This document shows positions 8,970 to 19,788 of a DNA stretch of 64,000 nt, piece after piece; within the stretch, counting starts at the first letter, position 1; each line of letters begins with the position of its first letter. The DNA is from an uncultured delta proteobacterium (GTDB taxonomy: Bacteria > Myxococcota_A > Polyangia > Polyangiales > Polyangiaceae), in the NCBI GenBank assembly GCA_963782055.1, contig CAWAIF010000003.1, forward strand, positions 2,400,001 through 2,464,000, given 5' to 3'. Position numbers and translations under genes: made by a program. The notes under the pieces are model-generated. The model saw only the letters and a program-made list of their open reading frames with translations. It was not told the origin of the DNA and did no database searches.

Positions 8970-10736
8970 ATGCGCGCCGTGGTGCCCTCCATCCGCCCCG
9001 CCGCGCTCGCCGTCGTCCTGGCCTGCGCCGTCGCCTGTGCCGGCGCGCCGCCTCCCGCGCCCTCCGGCGCCCCGTGCGTCGGCCCGTGCAACGACCAGCC
9101 CTCCGACGACAACGCCATCGCCGCCGCCGAGCAGCGCTACCTCGATCTGCTCGTCCAGATCTCGCCGGAGACCGCCACCTCCCTCGGCCTGCACCAGCGC
9201 GACACCGAGCTCGACGACAAGTCCACCGCCGGCTTCGCCCGCACCACCGAGGCCGAGGAGCGCATGCTCGCCGAGCTGCGCCGCCGCTTCGCCACGCCGC
9301 ACGCGAGCAAGACGATGCGGACCGACCTCACCATCCTGGAGGACGCGCTGGCCGTGGACGTGCGCACGCGCCGGACGGTGCGGCCGCTGGCGCGCAAGCC
9401 GGACTTCTACGCCAGCCCGATGGAGGCCATCTTCGTCATGACCGCGCGCGACTACGCGCCGATCGCCGACCGCGCGGCGAAGGCGCTGGCGCGCATCGAA
9501 AAGGTGCCGGCGGTGGTCGCCTACGGCAAGGTCAACCTGGAGCGGCCGCCGCGCGTGTGGACGCAGGTCGGCATCGAGGCGGCGGAGGGCGCCGGCCCCT
9601 TCTTCGACGAGGAGGAGCCGATCCTCGCCGCCGCGCTCCCGCAGCAGAAGGAGCGCATCCACGCCGCGATCGTCGCGGCGAAGAAGGCGTACGCCGACTA
9701 CGCCGACTTCCTGCGCGAGGTGGTCCTCCCGCGCTCCGACGGCGACTTCGCCGCCGGCCGCGACTACTTCGAGTTCCTGCTCCACACCGACTACGCCCTC
9801 ACCGAGAACGCCGACCAGGTCGCCGCGCTCGGCGAGAAGGTCTACCTGCGCACGCAGGAGCAGATGGACGAGGTCGCCGCGCGCATCGCGCACCAGCCGG
9901 TGCGCCCGGGCATGTGGCCGGAGGTGCTCCACGAGGTGAAGGGCCACCACCCCACCGCCGCCGAGCTCATCCCCTCCTACGCGCGGGAGGTGGCGCGCGC
10001 CCGCGAGTTCCTGAAGGCCGAGGACGTCGTCACCTTCCCCGCGCACGAGACGTGCGACGTCGTCGCGACGCCGCCCTTCCTGCGCACCACCACCATCGCC
10101 TCCTACGACGTGGCGCCGCCCTTCGACCCGGTGGACAAGGGCCTCTTCTTCGTGACGCCGGTGGACCCCAAGCTCACCCCCGAGCAGCAGGAGGAGATGC
10201 TGCGGGAGAACGACCACGGCGATCAGGTCGACACCGTCGTCCACGAGACCTACCCGGGCCATCACCTCCAGCTCTCCATCGCGCGCACCCACGCCTCCTT
10301 GATCCGCAAGGTCACCGGCCCCTCCATCTTCGCCGAGGGCTGGGCGCTCTACGCCGAGGAGCTGATGAACGAGCTCGGCTACTACACCGACGAGGAGCGC
10401 CTGATGCAGCTGGAGTGGGTGCTCGTGCGGGCCGCGCGCGTGAAGATCGACGTGGGCCTGCACGTGCGGGGCATGACCTTCGACCAGGCGGTGGCCGTGC
10501 TGGAGAAGGACGTGCACCTGGAGCACCAGCTCGCGGTGAGCGAGGTGAAGCGCTACACCGAGACGCCCACGCAGCCGCTCTCCTACCTGATCGGCCGGGA
10601 GAAGATCTTCCAGATGCGCGAGCGCATGAAGAAGCGCGACGGCGCGAGCTTCTCCCTGCGCCGCTTCCACGACGAGATCCTCTCGCACGGCACGATCGCC
10701 CCGGGCCTGCTGGAGCACGAAATCTTCGATCCCTGA
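8970..10736 (+). CDS. DUF885 family lipoprotein
   Basis: Lipoprotein signal (LACAVAC); HETYPGHHLQ, FAEGWALYAE, QPLSYLIG, FHDEILSHG; GTG 8979 may be the true start. Confidence 0.92.
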   Translation: MRAVVPSIRPAALAVVLACAVACAGAPPPAPSGAPCVGPCNDQPSDDNAIAAAEQRYLDLLVQISPETATSLGLHQRDTELDDKSTAGFARTTEAEERMLAELRRRFATPHASKTMRTDLTILEDALAVDVRTRRTVRPLARKPDFYASPMEAIFVMTARDYAPIADRAAKALARIEKVPAVVAYGKVNLERPPRVWTQVGIEAAEGAGPFFDEEEPILAAALPQQKERIHAAIVAAKKAYADYADFLREVVLPRSDGDFAAGRDYFEFLLHTDYALTENADQVAALGEKVYLRTQEQMDEVAARIAHQPVRPGMWPEVLHEVKGHHPTAAELIPSYAREVARAREFLKAEDVVTFPAHETCDVVATPPFLRTTTIASYDVAPPFDPVDKGLFFVTPVDPKLTPEQQEEMLRENDHGDQVDTVVHETYPGHHLQLSIARTHASLIRKVTGPSIFAEGWALYAEELMNELGYYTDEERLMQLEWVLVRAARVKIDVGLHVRGMTFDQAVAVLEKDVHLEHQLAVSEVKRYTETPTQPLSYLIGREKIFQMRERMKKRDGASFSLRRFHDEILSHGTIAPGLLEHEIFDP

Positions 10737-10826
10737 CCCTCTTTTCGGGACTGGTCCCGTTGCCGGCGCGGCGCTACGTGGTGTAAAGCTGCCGCGACTC
10801 GAGAGAAAGGTAGTGGAGGACTCGCC

Positions 10827-11768
10827 ATGGCCAACCGCAAGAAGATCGGTCTCATTGGAGCAGGCAACATCGGGGGCGAGCTCGCGCGCCTGTGCGCGAA
10901 CGAGGAGCTGGGCGACGTCTGGCTCTTCGACATCGCGGCGAAGGAGAACTTCGCGAAGGGCAAGGCCCTCGACCTGGAGCAGAACGGCGCCGTCCTCGGC
11001 TACGACGCGAACATCCGCGGCACCTCCAACTGGGCGGACCTCGCCGGTGCCGACGTGCTCATCATCACCGCGGGCATCCCGCGCAAGCCCGGCCAGTCCC
11101 GCGACGATCTGGTCGCCATCAACCTCCCCATCATCCGGGACGTCGCCAACAACGCGAAGAAGCACTGCCCGGGCGCGTTCACCATCGTCATCTCCAACCC
11201 GCTCGACGCGATGGTCTACGAGTACAAGCGCGTCACCGGCGTCCCCAAGACGCACGTCGCCGGCATGGCCGGCGTCCTGGACAGCGCCCGCTTCGAGCTC
11301 TTCCTCGCGCGCGAGGCCGGCGTCAGCGTCAAGGACGTGCGCGCCATGGTGCTCGGCGGCCACGGCGACAGCATGGTCCCGGTGCTCTCCATGACCACCA
11401 TCCACGGCGTCCCCGCCGGCGAGCTCATCGCCAAGGACAAGCTGGACGCCATCATCGCCCGCACGCGCAAGGGCGGCGGCGAGATCGTCAACCTGATGGG
11501 CACCAGCGCCTTCTTCGCCCCGGCCGCCAGCGCCGTCGCGATGGCCAGGGCCTACCTGCGCGATCAGAAGCGCCTGCTCCCGTGCGCCGCCTACCTGGAC
11601 GGCGAGTACGGCTGCAAGGATCTCTTCATGGGCGTCCCGGTGATCATCGGCGGCGGCGGCGTGGAGCGGATCGTCGACATCTCGCTGACGGCGGACGAGA
11701 AGGCCATGCTCGCCAAGAGCGCCAAGGCGGTGCAGGACGTGGTGGACGTGGTCAAGAAGACCACCTGA
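10827..11768 (+). CDS. mdh: Malate dehydrogenase (LDH-like)
   Basis: GAGNIG, TAGIPRKPGQSRDDL, ISNPLD, LDSARF, GGHGD; GGAGG SD upstream. Confidence 0.97.
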   Translation: MANRKKIGLIGAGNIGGELARLCANEELGDVWLFDIAAKENFAKGKALDLEQNGAVLGYDANIRGTSNWADLAGADVLIITAGIPRKPGQSRDDLVAINLPIIRDVANNAKKHCPGAFTIVISNPLDAMVYEYKRVTGVPKTHVAGMAGVLDSARFELFLAREAGVSVKDVRAMVLGGHGDSMVPVLSMTTIHGVPAGELIAKDKLDAIIARTRKGGGEIVNLMGTSAFFAPAASAVAMARAYLRDQKRLLPCAAYLDGEYGCKDLFMGVPVIIGGGGVERIVDISLTADEKAMLAKSAKAVQDVVDVVKKTT

Positions 11769-11882
11769 GAGGCGCCGACAACGGAGCCCTTCCCGAGCTC
11801 CGCGCCTCTTTGGGCGGGCGCTCGTCATTGACCTTTCGCAGCGCGTCTCCGTCGGCCGTACGATGGCCGACGGAGGTGTGCC

Positions 11883-12596
11883 ATGCGGAGCATTCGACTT
11901 GCCTGGGCCATTGCGTTCCTGATCGCCGCCGCGGCCTGCGGTGACACGACCACCACGGACACCGACGGAGGCGTCGACGCCACCGCGGACGTGCAGGGCG
12001 GAGACTCCGGCGGCACCGACTCCGGCGGCACCGACTCCGGCGGCACGGATGCGGGCGGCGGCGACGCCGGCTGCGCGGGCTTCACGACGAGCAGCTGCGA
12101 CGCGGGTTGCCCCAACGGCACGGTCTGCGTGAAGCACTTCGCCGGCCCGCAGACGGTGGACACCGGCTGCTATCCCATCGGCCTCTGCAACAACAACAGC
12201 GTCTGCAGCTGCATCGGCGACTGCGCCTGCACCAACGGCGGCGCCAGCAAGTGCAACGAGAACGACGCCGGCGTCCTCTGCGGCGGCGGCGCCATCTCGC
12301 GCCGTGCGTACAAGACGGACATCGACTACGTCGACGAGCAGGAGCGCACGGCCCTCGCCCAGCAGGCGCTGGAGACGCGCCTGGCGGAGTACCGGTACAA
12401 GGCGGAGCCCGCGAACGCGAAGCGCCACCTGGGCTTCATCATCGACGACCAGCCGGACCCGAGCCCCGCGGTGCAGGGCGACCGCACCCACGTCGATCAG
12501 TACGGCTACACGAGCATGCTGCTGGCCACGGTGCAGGAGCAGCAGAAGCAGATCGACGAGCTGCGCGCCCGGCTGGACGCCCTGCAGAAGAAGTGA
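11883..12596 (+). CDS. Cys-rich lipoprotein with C-terminal intramolecular chaperone (Peptidase S74 / tail-fibre chaperone-like) domain
   Basis: Lipobox AAAC; DSGGT repeats; SRRAYKTDI...YRYK...HLGFI...terminal coiled coil VQEQQKQIDELRARLDAL. Confidence 0.78.
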   Translation: MRSIRLAWAIAFLIAAAACGDTTTTDTDGGVDATADVQGGDSGGTDSGGTDSGGTDAGGGDAGCAGFTTSSCDAGCPNGTVCVKHFAGPQTVDTGCYPIGLCNNNSVCSCIGDCACTNGGASKCNENDAGVLCGGGAISRRAYKTDIDYVDEQERTALAQQALETRLAEYRYKAEPANAKRHLGFIIDDQPDPSPAVQGDRTHVDQYGYTSMLLATVQEQQKQIDELRARLDALQKK

Positions 12597-12608
12597 CCCC
12601 ACCGTTGC

Positions 12609-12688
12609 TCCCCCTCTCCCGCTCCGGGAGAGGGGGCCGGGGGGTGAGGGCTGGGGGTGAGGGCTGAGGTGAGGGCTGGGGGTGGGGG
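12609..12688. repeat. REP-like stem-loop (CCCCCTCTCCCG-CTC-CGGGAGAGGGGG) followed by GGTGAGGGCTG repeats, between convergent genes
   Basis: 12-bp inverted repeat at about 12610-12636; GTGAGGG repeated three times; could act as a bidirectional terminator. Confidence 0.7.
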
Positions 12689-14329
12689 CTACTGGCAGGT
12701 CTTGCCGCAGTACTGCTGGACGTCCTGGAAGCAGGACAGGCCCCAGTAGGTGTCGCAGCAGTAGGGGTCCTTCGCGCAGACCGCCATCGTGCAGGAGTCG
12801 CACTGCTGGCCGAGCTTGTCGCCGGCGGTGCACACGTCGTGGGTGCACGTGCCGTTGATGATGCCGCCGCCGTCCGCCCCGCCGTCGGTGTCACCGGAGG
12901 AGGAGCCGAAGCACGACGCGGGGTCCGCCGGGGGCTCCGGGGGCAGGTCGTAGTTGCTCGCGGGGGTGCAGGTCGCGTTCTGGCCGCCGGGCAGCGTGAA
13001 GGCGTGGTCGTACTGCGCCTCGCCGTTCAGGTCGAACAGCGTGCACTCCTTCTCCCACTTGTAGAGGCCGAAGATGTCCACCTTGGCGTGCACGCTCGCG
13101 GAGAGGCCTGCCTCCACGTCGCCGTGGATGAGGCCTTGCTGGTTGCCCTGCTGGTCGGGCCCGCCGCACGCGAGCGCGCCGCCCGCGCCGGCGTACGCCT
13201 TCGCGGTGAGGTCGGCCATGGCGACGCCGAAGAACTGCAGCTCGAACTTGGGGGTGATGCTGCAGTAGGCGCGCACCATCCCGTCCATCGTGTAGTCGGG
13301 GCCGCTCTGGGTGAAGGAGGCGTTCTTGTCGAAGACGGGGGAGAGGGTGCCGTTCTCGTACTTGATGCCCGCGGTCACGCTGCCGGAGGCGGTGCCACCC
13401 ACCTTCACCTCCGGGCCGCCGCCCCACGCGAAGTCGCAGTCCAGCGTCGCGGTGAAGTGCGCGCTCGACGGCATGTTGAAGGGCCCGAGCTTCAGGCTCC
13501 CCAGGCTGACCTTGTAGTCGGCGATGGTGGTGGAGTTGGACTTGAGGAGCTGCTGCGCGACGAGCTGGGTGAAGGTCTGCGAGTCCAGCGACGTCTGCAG
13601 CTTCACGCCGGCGTCGATGATGAGCGTGGCGTCCAGCTTCCCGGTCGCGGTGGCGTGGAAGGAGTTGATCTTGAGGAAGCCCAGGTCGGCGCCCACGTCG
13701 TAGCTCGGGGAGAAGTCGAGGGTGCCGGTGTCGACGGTGGCGAAGGCGTTGAAGCCGATGGTCTGGTTGTTCGGCAGGCTGGCCGTGCCGGTGTAGTCGA
13801 AGATCTTGGTGCCGCTGAAGTCGAGCAGCTTGACGGTGGTGCCGCCGCTCTTCTGGGTGTGGAGCTGGCCCGGCGCGGATTGCGTGGCGGGGCCGTCCAC
13901 CGTCAGGGCCGGGACCTGCAGCGTCGACTGGAACTTGAGCAGGTCGACGGCCTCCTGGAGCGTCGCGGGGTCGGTCATCACGACCGTCCCCTCCGCCGCC
14001 TGCGAGACCGACTTCACCTTGCGCAGGAAGCCGTCGGGGTTGTTGCCGGTGGTGCCGGGGGTCTGCCGGTCGGCGAGCAGGACGTCGCCCGCGGCGTGGG
14101 AGGCGAGCTGGGCGTAGGCGGAGGCGGGGAACACCACGCGGTCCGGCTGCACGTTCGCGACGTCCGCCAGGCTCTGCGCCAGGACGGTGGTGCCGGCGTG
14201 CAGGATGGCGACGCCGTCCAGGTTGCCGTTGCCCGTGTTGTCGTTGCCCGGCATCGTCGGGCTGGCGCTGCACGCCACGCCGAGGGCGCCGGCGGAGGCG
14301 AGGGCGAGCCCGAGGACCAGCTTCTTCAT
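12689..14329 (-). CDS. Large lipoprotein, beta-rich with Cys-rich C-terminus, unknown function
   Basis: MKKLVLGLALASAGALGVAC lipobox; strong GC3 codon bias; C-terminal CTHDVC...DPYCCDTYWGLSC motif. Confidence 0.8.
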   Translation of the reverse strand: MKKLVLGLALASAGALGVACSASPTMPGNDNTGNGNLDGVAILHAGTTVLAQSLADVANVQPDRVVFPASAYAQLASHAAGDVLLADRQTPGTTGNNPDGFLRKVKSVSQAAEGTVVMTDPATLQEAVDLLKFQSTLQVPALTVDGPATQSAPGQLHTQKSGGTTVKLLDFSGTKIFDYTGTASLPNNQTIGFNAFATVDTGTLDFSPSYDVGADLGFLKINSFHATATGKLDATLIIDAGVKLQTSLDSQTFTQLVAQQLLKSNSTTIADYKVSLGSLKLGPFNMPSSAHFTATLDCDFAWGGGPEVKVGGTASGSVTAGIKYENGTLSPVFDKNASFTQSGPDYTMDGMVRAYCSITPKFELQFFGVAMADLTAKAYAGAGGALACGGPDQQGNQQGLIHGDVEAGLSASVHAKVDIFGLYKWEKECTLFDLNGEAQYDHAFTLPGGQNATCTPASNYDLPPEPPADPASCFGSSSGDTDGGADGGGIINGTCTHDVCTAGDKLGQQCDSCTMAVCAKDPYCCDTYWGLSCFQDVQQYCGKTCQ

Positions 14330-14340
14330 CGCCACGGGCC

Positions 14341-14520
14341 TCACAGGAACGCCGCCGCGGTCTTGTCACCCGCCATGCGGACGTTCTTGCCGACCTGCTT
14401 GTAGACGACGGCGGCGACGACCAGGACGAGGAAGAGCAGGAGGGAGTACTCGACCATCGAGGCGCCTCGCTTGTCGGCGACCAGCTTGCGGAGGGACTTG
14501 GTGGGGTTGCGACGGGTCAT
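14341..14520 (-). CDS. flp: Flp (type IVb/Tad) pilin
   Basis: 59 aa: DKRG|ASMVEYSLLL prepilin cleavage site, E5-Y6 Flp motif, hydrophobic helix. Confidence 0.88.
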   Translation of the reverse strand: MTRRNPTKSLRKLVADKRGASMVEYSLLLFLVLVVAAVVYKQVGKNVRMAGDKTAAAFL

Positions 14521-14532
14521 GGCTCCACCTAC

Positions 14533-14548
14533 TGCATCCCACATGCCG
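14533..14548 (-). promoter_or_regulatory. Sigma-54-type -24/-12 promoter of flp
   Basis: Minus strand CGGCATGTGGGATGCA: GG-N10-GC; ATG 13 nt after GC. Confidence 0.55.
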
Positions 14549-14587
14549 CACCTCGCGGCACCTCGCGGCACCTCGCGGCACCTCGCG
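14548..14587. repeat. 10-bp tandem repeat (GCACCTCGCG) x4
   Basis: Read directly; abuts the -24 box of the flp promoter. Confidence 0.9.
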
Positions 14588-14750
14588 ATCTCCGGGATCT
14601 CCGGGCTTTTCTCGGTTCCGCGCCCAGGCGCGGAGGGGGCGATGCGTGGATCCGGATGGATCCATGTGGATCGCCGCCCGACCCGGCCGCGGGACCGCGA
14701 GCATGCTCGCAGTCCGACGCGCCAGGCGGGTTGGCTATCGCGGCCCCCCC

Positions 14751-15317
14751 TCAGAGCGTCACCTCGAAGGACTGCCGCGCGAGCTCCTTGCCCTGGGCAT
14801 CGCGCACGACCGCCGTCCACTCTCCCGCCTCGTGAGCCTGCCGGGTGAACGCCCAGGTGCGCCAGCGCGCCGTGTCGCCCACGGCGAGGACCACGTCGCC
14901 GTGCGCGTCCCCTGACGGCGGCAGGAAGGACACATGGACCTCCCCCGGCGCCTTCTCCGGATTCGCCACCTCCACGAACGCGTAGATCTTGCTCTCCTTC
15001 GCGTTGAACAGGACATCCGGGCTCTTCGGCTCGCGGCCCGCCACTCCCCGCGCGATGACCAGCCGCTTGACGGCCAGCTTCGTCGCCCGCGCGCGGGGCG
15101 CCTCGACGACCCTCGCGACCGCCTTGCTCGTTGCCGTGGTCGCCGTTGCCGTGGTCGTCGTTGCCGCGGTCACCGCCCCGGCGGCGCTCGTGCCGACGGG
15201 CGCGGCCACCGCGCTCGGACATGCCGGGGCGGCCGACGAGACCTTCTCCTTGTTCCCGCCGCACGCAGCGAGAAGACCGACGAACAAGAGGCCCGCAAAC
15301 TTGGTGGTGGTGCTCAT
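14751..15317 (-). CDS. DUF2914-domain lipoprotein
   Basis: Lipobox LLAAC; Thr/Ala linker; IYAFVEV...RWRTW...GEWTAVVRDAQGKEL Ig-like DUF2914 pattern. Confidence 0.8.
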   Translation of the reverse strand: MSTTTKFAGLLFVGLLAACGGNKEKVSSAAPACPSAVAAPVGTSAAGAVTAATTTTATATTATSKAVARVVEAPRARATKLAVKRLVIARGVAGREPKSPDVLFNAKESKIYAFVEVANPEKAPGEVHVSFLPPSGDAHGDVVLAVGDTARWRTWAFTRQAHEAGEWTAVVRDAQGKELARQSFEVTL

Positions 15318-15329
15318 GCCCTCCCCCAT

Positions 15330-15345
15330 CGCAACCGGCGGGCCA
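15330..15345 (-). promoter_or_regulatory. Sigma-54-type promoter of the DUF2914 gene
   Basis: Minus strand TGGCCCGCCGGTTGCG, near consensus TGGC-N7-TTGC; ATG 13 nt after GC. Confidence 0.7.
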
Positions 15346-15415
15346 GCGTCAATCCGGGGGAAAAACAGGCGAATGGCGCGCGGGCCTGTCCGCGGCTGCC
15401 CACGGTGCGTGGCGT

Positions 15416-15970
15416 CTAGAACACGCCGCGTACGCCCAGCGTGATGCGTGGCGTCCCGCCGTCACCGCGGCCGCGCGGCATCGTGAGGGAGAACGCCGGC
15501 GTCATGATGACCTGCGGCACGTGGCGGTCGTGCTTGATGAAGCCGAGCGCGCCGAGGATCGCCCCCGCCCCCTGCAGCACGCCGGAGAGGACGAGGTCGA
15601 GGTCGATGGGGAAGGCGTTGCAGTCGATGGTCTGGTGCTGGAGGGGGCACCCCTCCGGGTTGGAGAGGTCGGAGCCCAGCCCGATCCACGGCCCGGCGAC
15701 GGGGAGGAGCAGCACCGGGGAGATGCCCCCGAAGCCCTCCGCGAGGGCAATCACCACCGCGCCCAGGTAGCCGCTGCCCAGGAGCGCCGCCCCCGCGATC
15801 CAGAGTCCCGGTCGCGGGCTACGGACGATACGGTAGCCGTGCGTGGTGAGGCCCACCGAGACGGGCGGAGGATCGCCCGGGGAAGGCTCCGCTCGCGCGC
15901 CGGCGGCCGCGAAGACGAGCGCCAGCGCTCCCATGGCGGCCGCGCCGTGCCTCCCCCGCGTCGAGCACAT
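15416..15970 (-). CDS. Hypothetical secreted/membrane protein
   Basis: Signal-like N-terminus, PVAGPW hydrophobic hairpin, C-terminal LGVRGVF. Confidence 0.65.
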   Translation of the reverse strand: MCSTRGRHGAAAMGALALVFAAAGARAEPSPGDPPPVSVGLTTHGYRIVRSPRPGLWIAGAALLGSGYLGAVVIALAEGFGGISPVLLLPVAGPWIGLGSDLSNPEGCPLQHQTIDCNAFPIDLDLVLSGVLQGAGAILGALGFIKHDRHVPQVIMTPAFSLTMPRGRGDGGTPRITLGVRGVF

Positions 15971-16110
15971 CGCCCCGACGCTAGCACGAGCGTGCGCGCG
16001 CGCTCGGTCCGCCGTTGCCGCGGGAGCGCGCCGCGTGCTACCCACGAGGCCCCATCCTTCGCGCTTCGCCGCCGCCCCGGCGCGCTGGCGCGGACCCACA
16101 GGAGGCCGAG

Positions 16111-17318
<1,208 letters not shown>

Positions 17319-17322
<4 letters not shown>

Positions 17323-18212
17323 GCGTCCTGGTCGGAAAGAGCACGCGCCTGCTCGTGCAGGGCATCACCGGCAGCGCCGGGAGCTTCCACGCCAAGCAGT
17401 GCATGGCCTACGGCACCCACGTCGTCGCCGGCGTCACCCCCGGCCGCGGGGGCGAGAAGTTCGAGGGCAAGGTCCCCGTCTACGACACCGTCGTGAAGGC
17501 GGTGAAGGAGACCGGCGCCGACGCGAGCGTCATCTTCGTGCCGCCGCCCGGCGCGGCGGACGCGATCCTCGAGGCGTTCGACGCGGGCATCCCCCTCGTC
17601 GTCTGCATCACCGAGGGCGTGCCCGTCATGGACATGATCAAGGTGCGCAAGGTGCTGGAGGAGCTCAAGACGCCCGACGGCAAGCCGAGGGCGCGTCTCA
17701 TCGGCCCGAACTGCCCGGGCATCATCACGCCGGACCAGTGCAAGATCGGCATCATGCCCGGCCACATCCACAAGGCCGGCCACGTCGGCGTCGTCTCGCG
17801 CTCCGGCACGCTCACCTACGAGGCCGTCGGGCAGCTGACCGCGCTCGGCATCGGCCAGTCGACGTGCATCGGCATCGGCGGCGATCCCGTCGGCGGCATG
17901 GACTTCGTGGACGTGCTCACCCTCTTCAACGAGGACCCCGACACGCACGGCGTCATCATGATCGGCGAGATCGGCGGCGGCGCGGAGGAGCGCGGCGCGG
18001 CCTACATCAAGGCGAACATGAAGAAGCCCGTCGCGTGCTTCATCGCCGGCACCACGGCGCCGCCGGGCAAGCGCATGGGCCACGCGGGTGCGATCATCTC
18101 CGGCGGGCAAGGCACCGCCGCGGCCAAGATCGCCGCGCTCGAGGCGGCGGGCTGCAAGGTGGCGCCCACGCCGAGCGACATGGCCACGACGCTTCGCTCG
18201 ATGATGAGCTGA
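17319..18212 (+). CDS. sucD: Succinyl-CoA synthetase alpha subunit
   Basis: [31 protein letters not shown] overlap with sucC. Confidence 0.98.
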
Positions 18213-18241
18213 GCTCCGCGCGCGCCGGCCGCGCCCGCCGG

Positions 18242-18838
18242 TCATCGCGATGGCGCCTCGCCCTCGAAGGCGCTGTCGAGTACGCGCTGGCGTTGCGCGC
18301 GCCGAGCCCGCGCGCGCCGCGCGCGTTCGTCCGCGCGCAGGACCCAGAAGCCGTACTCGGTGCGCCTGTCGAGCGTGGCCTCGTCGCCGAAGCCGAGCCG
18401 GATGCGCATGCAGAGCGCTTCGAGGTGCCTGCGCGCGCTGGCGCACCGCCGCGCGTCGGGCCAGCGGCGTTCGCCCGGCGCAAGCGCGCCGTCGAGCGCG
18501 AGCCCGACGTGCCCCACGAGCACGAGCCCGTAGTACGCGCGGCGCACGCGCCGGCGACCCTCGGGCGTGAGGGCGACGATGCAGTCGCGCCCGTCACGCC
18601 GCCGCGTCACGAGCCCAAGCTGCTCGAGCGACCGCATCATGCGGCTGATGGTCGACCGCGCGACGCCCAGCGCCCGCCGGAGCTGACTTTGAAGGTGGAT
18701 GGTGCGCGTCCCGAGCTTGTACAGCGCATCGAGCAGGTCGAACCGAGCCGCCGTGAGTCCCATCGCCGCCAGCGCCCGCCGCGTGAGCCTGAGCGTCGCG
18801 TAATAAGCCCGCTTGATCGTGAAGAACACAGGGTCCAT
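18242..18838 (-). CDS. MarR-like winged-helix protein, copy 1 (198 aa)
   Basis: GLTAARFDLL...LGVARSTISRMMRSLEQLGLVTR...LTPEGR wHTH; close paralogue at 29598-30194. Confidence 0.85.
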   Translation of the reverse strand: MDPVFFTIKRAYYATLRLTRRALAAMGLTAARFDLLDALYKLGTRTIHLQSQLRRALGVARSTISRMMRSLEQLGLVTRRRDGRDCIVALTPEGRRRVRRAYYGLVLVGHVGLALDGALAPGERRWPDARRCASARRHLEALCMRIRLGFGDEATLDRRTEYGFWVLRADERARRARARRAQRQRVLDSAFEGEAPSR

Positions 18839-18850
18839 CCCATCCCTCCA

Positions 18851-18966
18851 AGCACCCCGTGTGCCACCCCCCCCTTCCACAGAATCCCGCTGAAACGTCG
18901 AACGGCGAGCGTGCTTGCAATCCGACGTTTGGTGTCCGGGGACAGGGGGAGGGGACAGGGGGGACA
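18851..18966 (-). promoter_or_regulatory. Conserved upstream element 1: sigma-54 box, palindromes and GGACA array
   Basis: TGGCACACGGGGTGCT (18866-18851); AAACGTCG..CGACGTTT inverted repeat around GCGAGCGTGCTTGC; TGTCC at 18933, GGACA at 18940/18953/18962. Confidence 0.75.
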
Positions 18967-18989
18967 GTCGCGAGGGTAGCGCGAGAGCC

Positions 18990-19075
18990 GCGCGCCACAT
19001 CGTGCGGACCCGCGCGCCATGCGGACCCCAGCGCGCCATGCGGACCCCAGCGGCGGCGCGCCATGCGGACCCCAG
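18990..19075. repeat. Imperfect 19-bp tandem repeat GCGCGCCATGCGGACCCCA (3 copies plus 1 degenerate)
   Basis: Copies at 19012, 19031 and 19056; degenerate copy at 18990. Confidence 0.85.
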
Positions 19076-19263
19076 CAGCGGCGGAAGGGGCGAGGCGGGT
19101 GGCGTCCTGCCGGTCAGCGGCGCGCCGCTCGGACCCCGCCGGCCGGGCTCGGAGAAAGCGGGACTCTTGGAAATGGTTTGCCTTTCGCGTCGGCGTCTCC
19201 TAGAAGACGCACGCAAATCGCGGGCGCTTCACGCGGCGCGGCGCGCACAGCCGGAGTGCGATC

Positions 19264-19692
19264 ATGGCCCTGGAACGAACCCTCTGCATCATCAAGCCCG
19301 ACGCCGTCGAGAAGCATCACGCCGGCTCCATCCTCGCGCTCCTCGAGAAGGAGGGCTTCGAGATCCTCGCGCTCAAGCGGCTGCACCTCTCCAAGCCCGT
19401 GGCCGAGGGGTTCTACGCGGTGCACAAGGAGCGCCCCTTCTTCGGCGAGCTCGTCACCTTCATGACCCGCACGCCCGTCGTCGTCGCGGTGCTGCAGCGT
19501 GACGAAGCCGTGACGAAGTATCGTGCGGTGATGGGCGCGACGGACCCCGCGAAGGCGGACGCCGGCACCATCCGCAAGCTCTACGGCTCGAACGTGGGAG
19601 AGAACGCGGTGCACGGCTCCGACTCGCTGGCCAACGCCAAGATCGAGATCGCGTACTTCTTCGCCGCGTCCGAGGTCTCTCCTCAGGCGTGA
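19264..19692 (+). CDS. ndk: Nucleoside diphosphate kinase
   Basis: [36 protein letters not shown]. Confidence 0.98.
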   Translation: MALERTLCIIKPDAVEKHHAGSILALLEKEGFEILALKRLHLSKPVAEGFYAVHKERPFFGELVTFMTRTPVVVAVLQRDEAVTKYRAVMGATDPAKADAGTIRKLYGSNVGENAVHGSDSLANAKIEIAYFFAASEVSPQA

Positions 19693-19788
19693 TCGTGATA
19701 CAGTGTCGTCGCCGTCCGTGGGTGGGATGGGCGGTGTCACGCGCTCACCGGCACCTTGGCTTCGGCCCGCGTGCGTGCTTGTCCACCC

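Noticed and set aside
11883..12596. Prophage, suggested by the tail-fibre chaperone domain
   Set aside because: No other phage genes; host-like codon usage and a lipoprotein signal
5120..12848. Very long antisense or alternate-frame ORFs (e.g. 5120-8710, 8943-12848; also 46583-49540)
   Set aside because: Shadow ORFs caused by high GC and few stop codons; they overlap well-supported genes and have no motifs
18990..19075. Possible CRISPR array
   Set aside because: Repeats are adjacent with no unique spacers and there are no cas genes; it is a minisatellite
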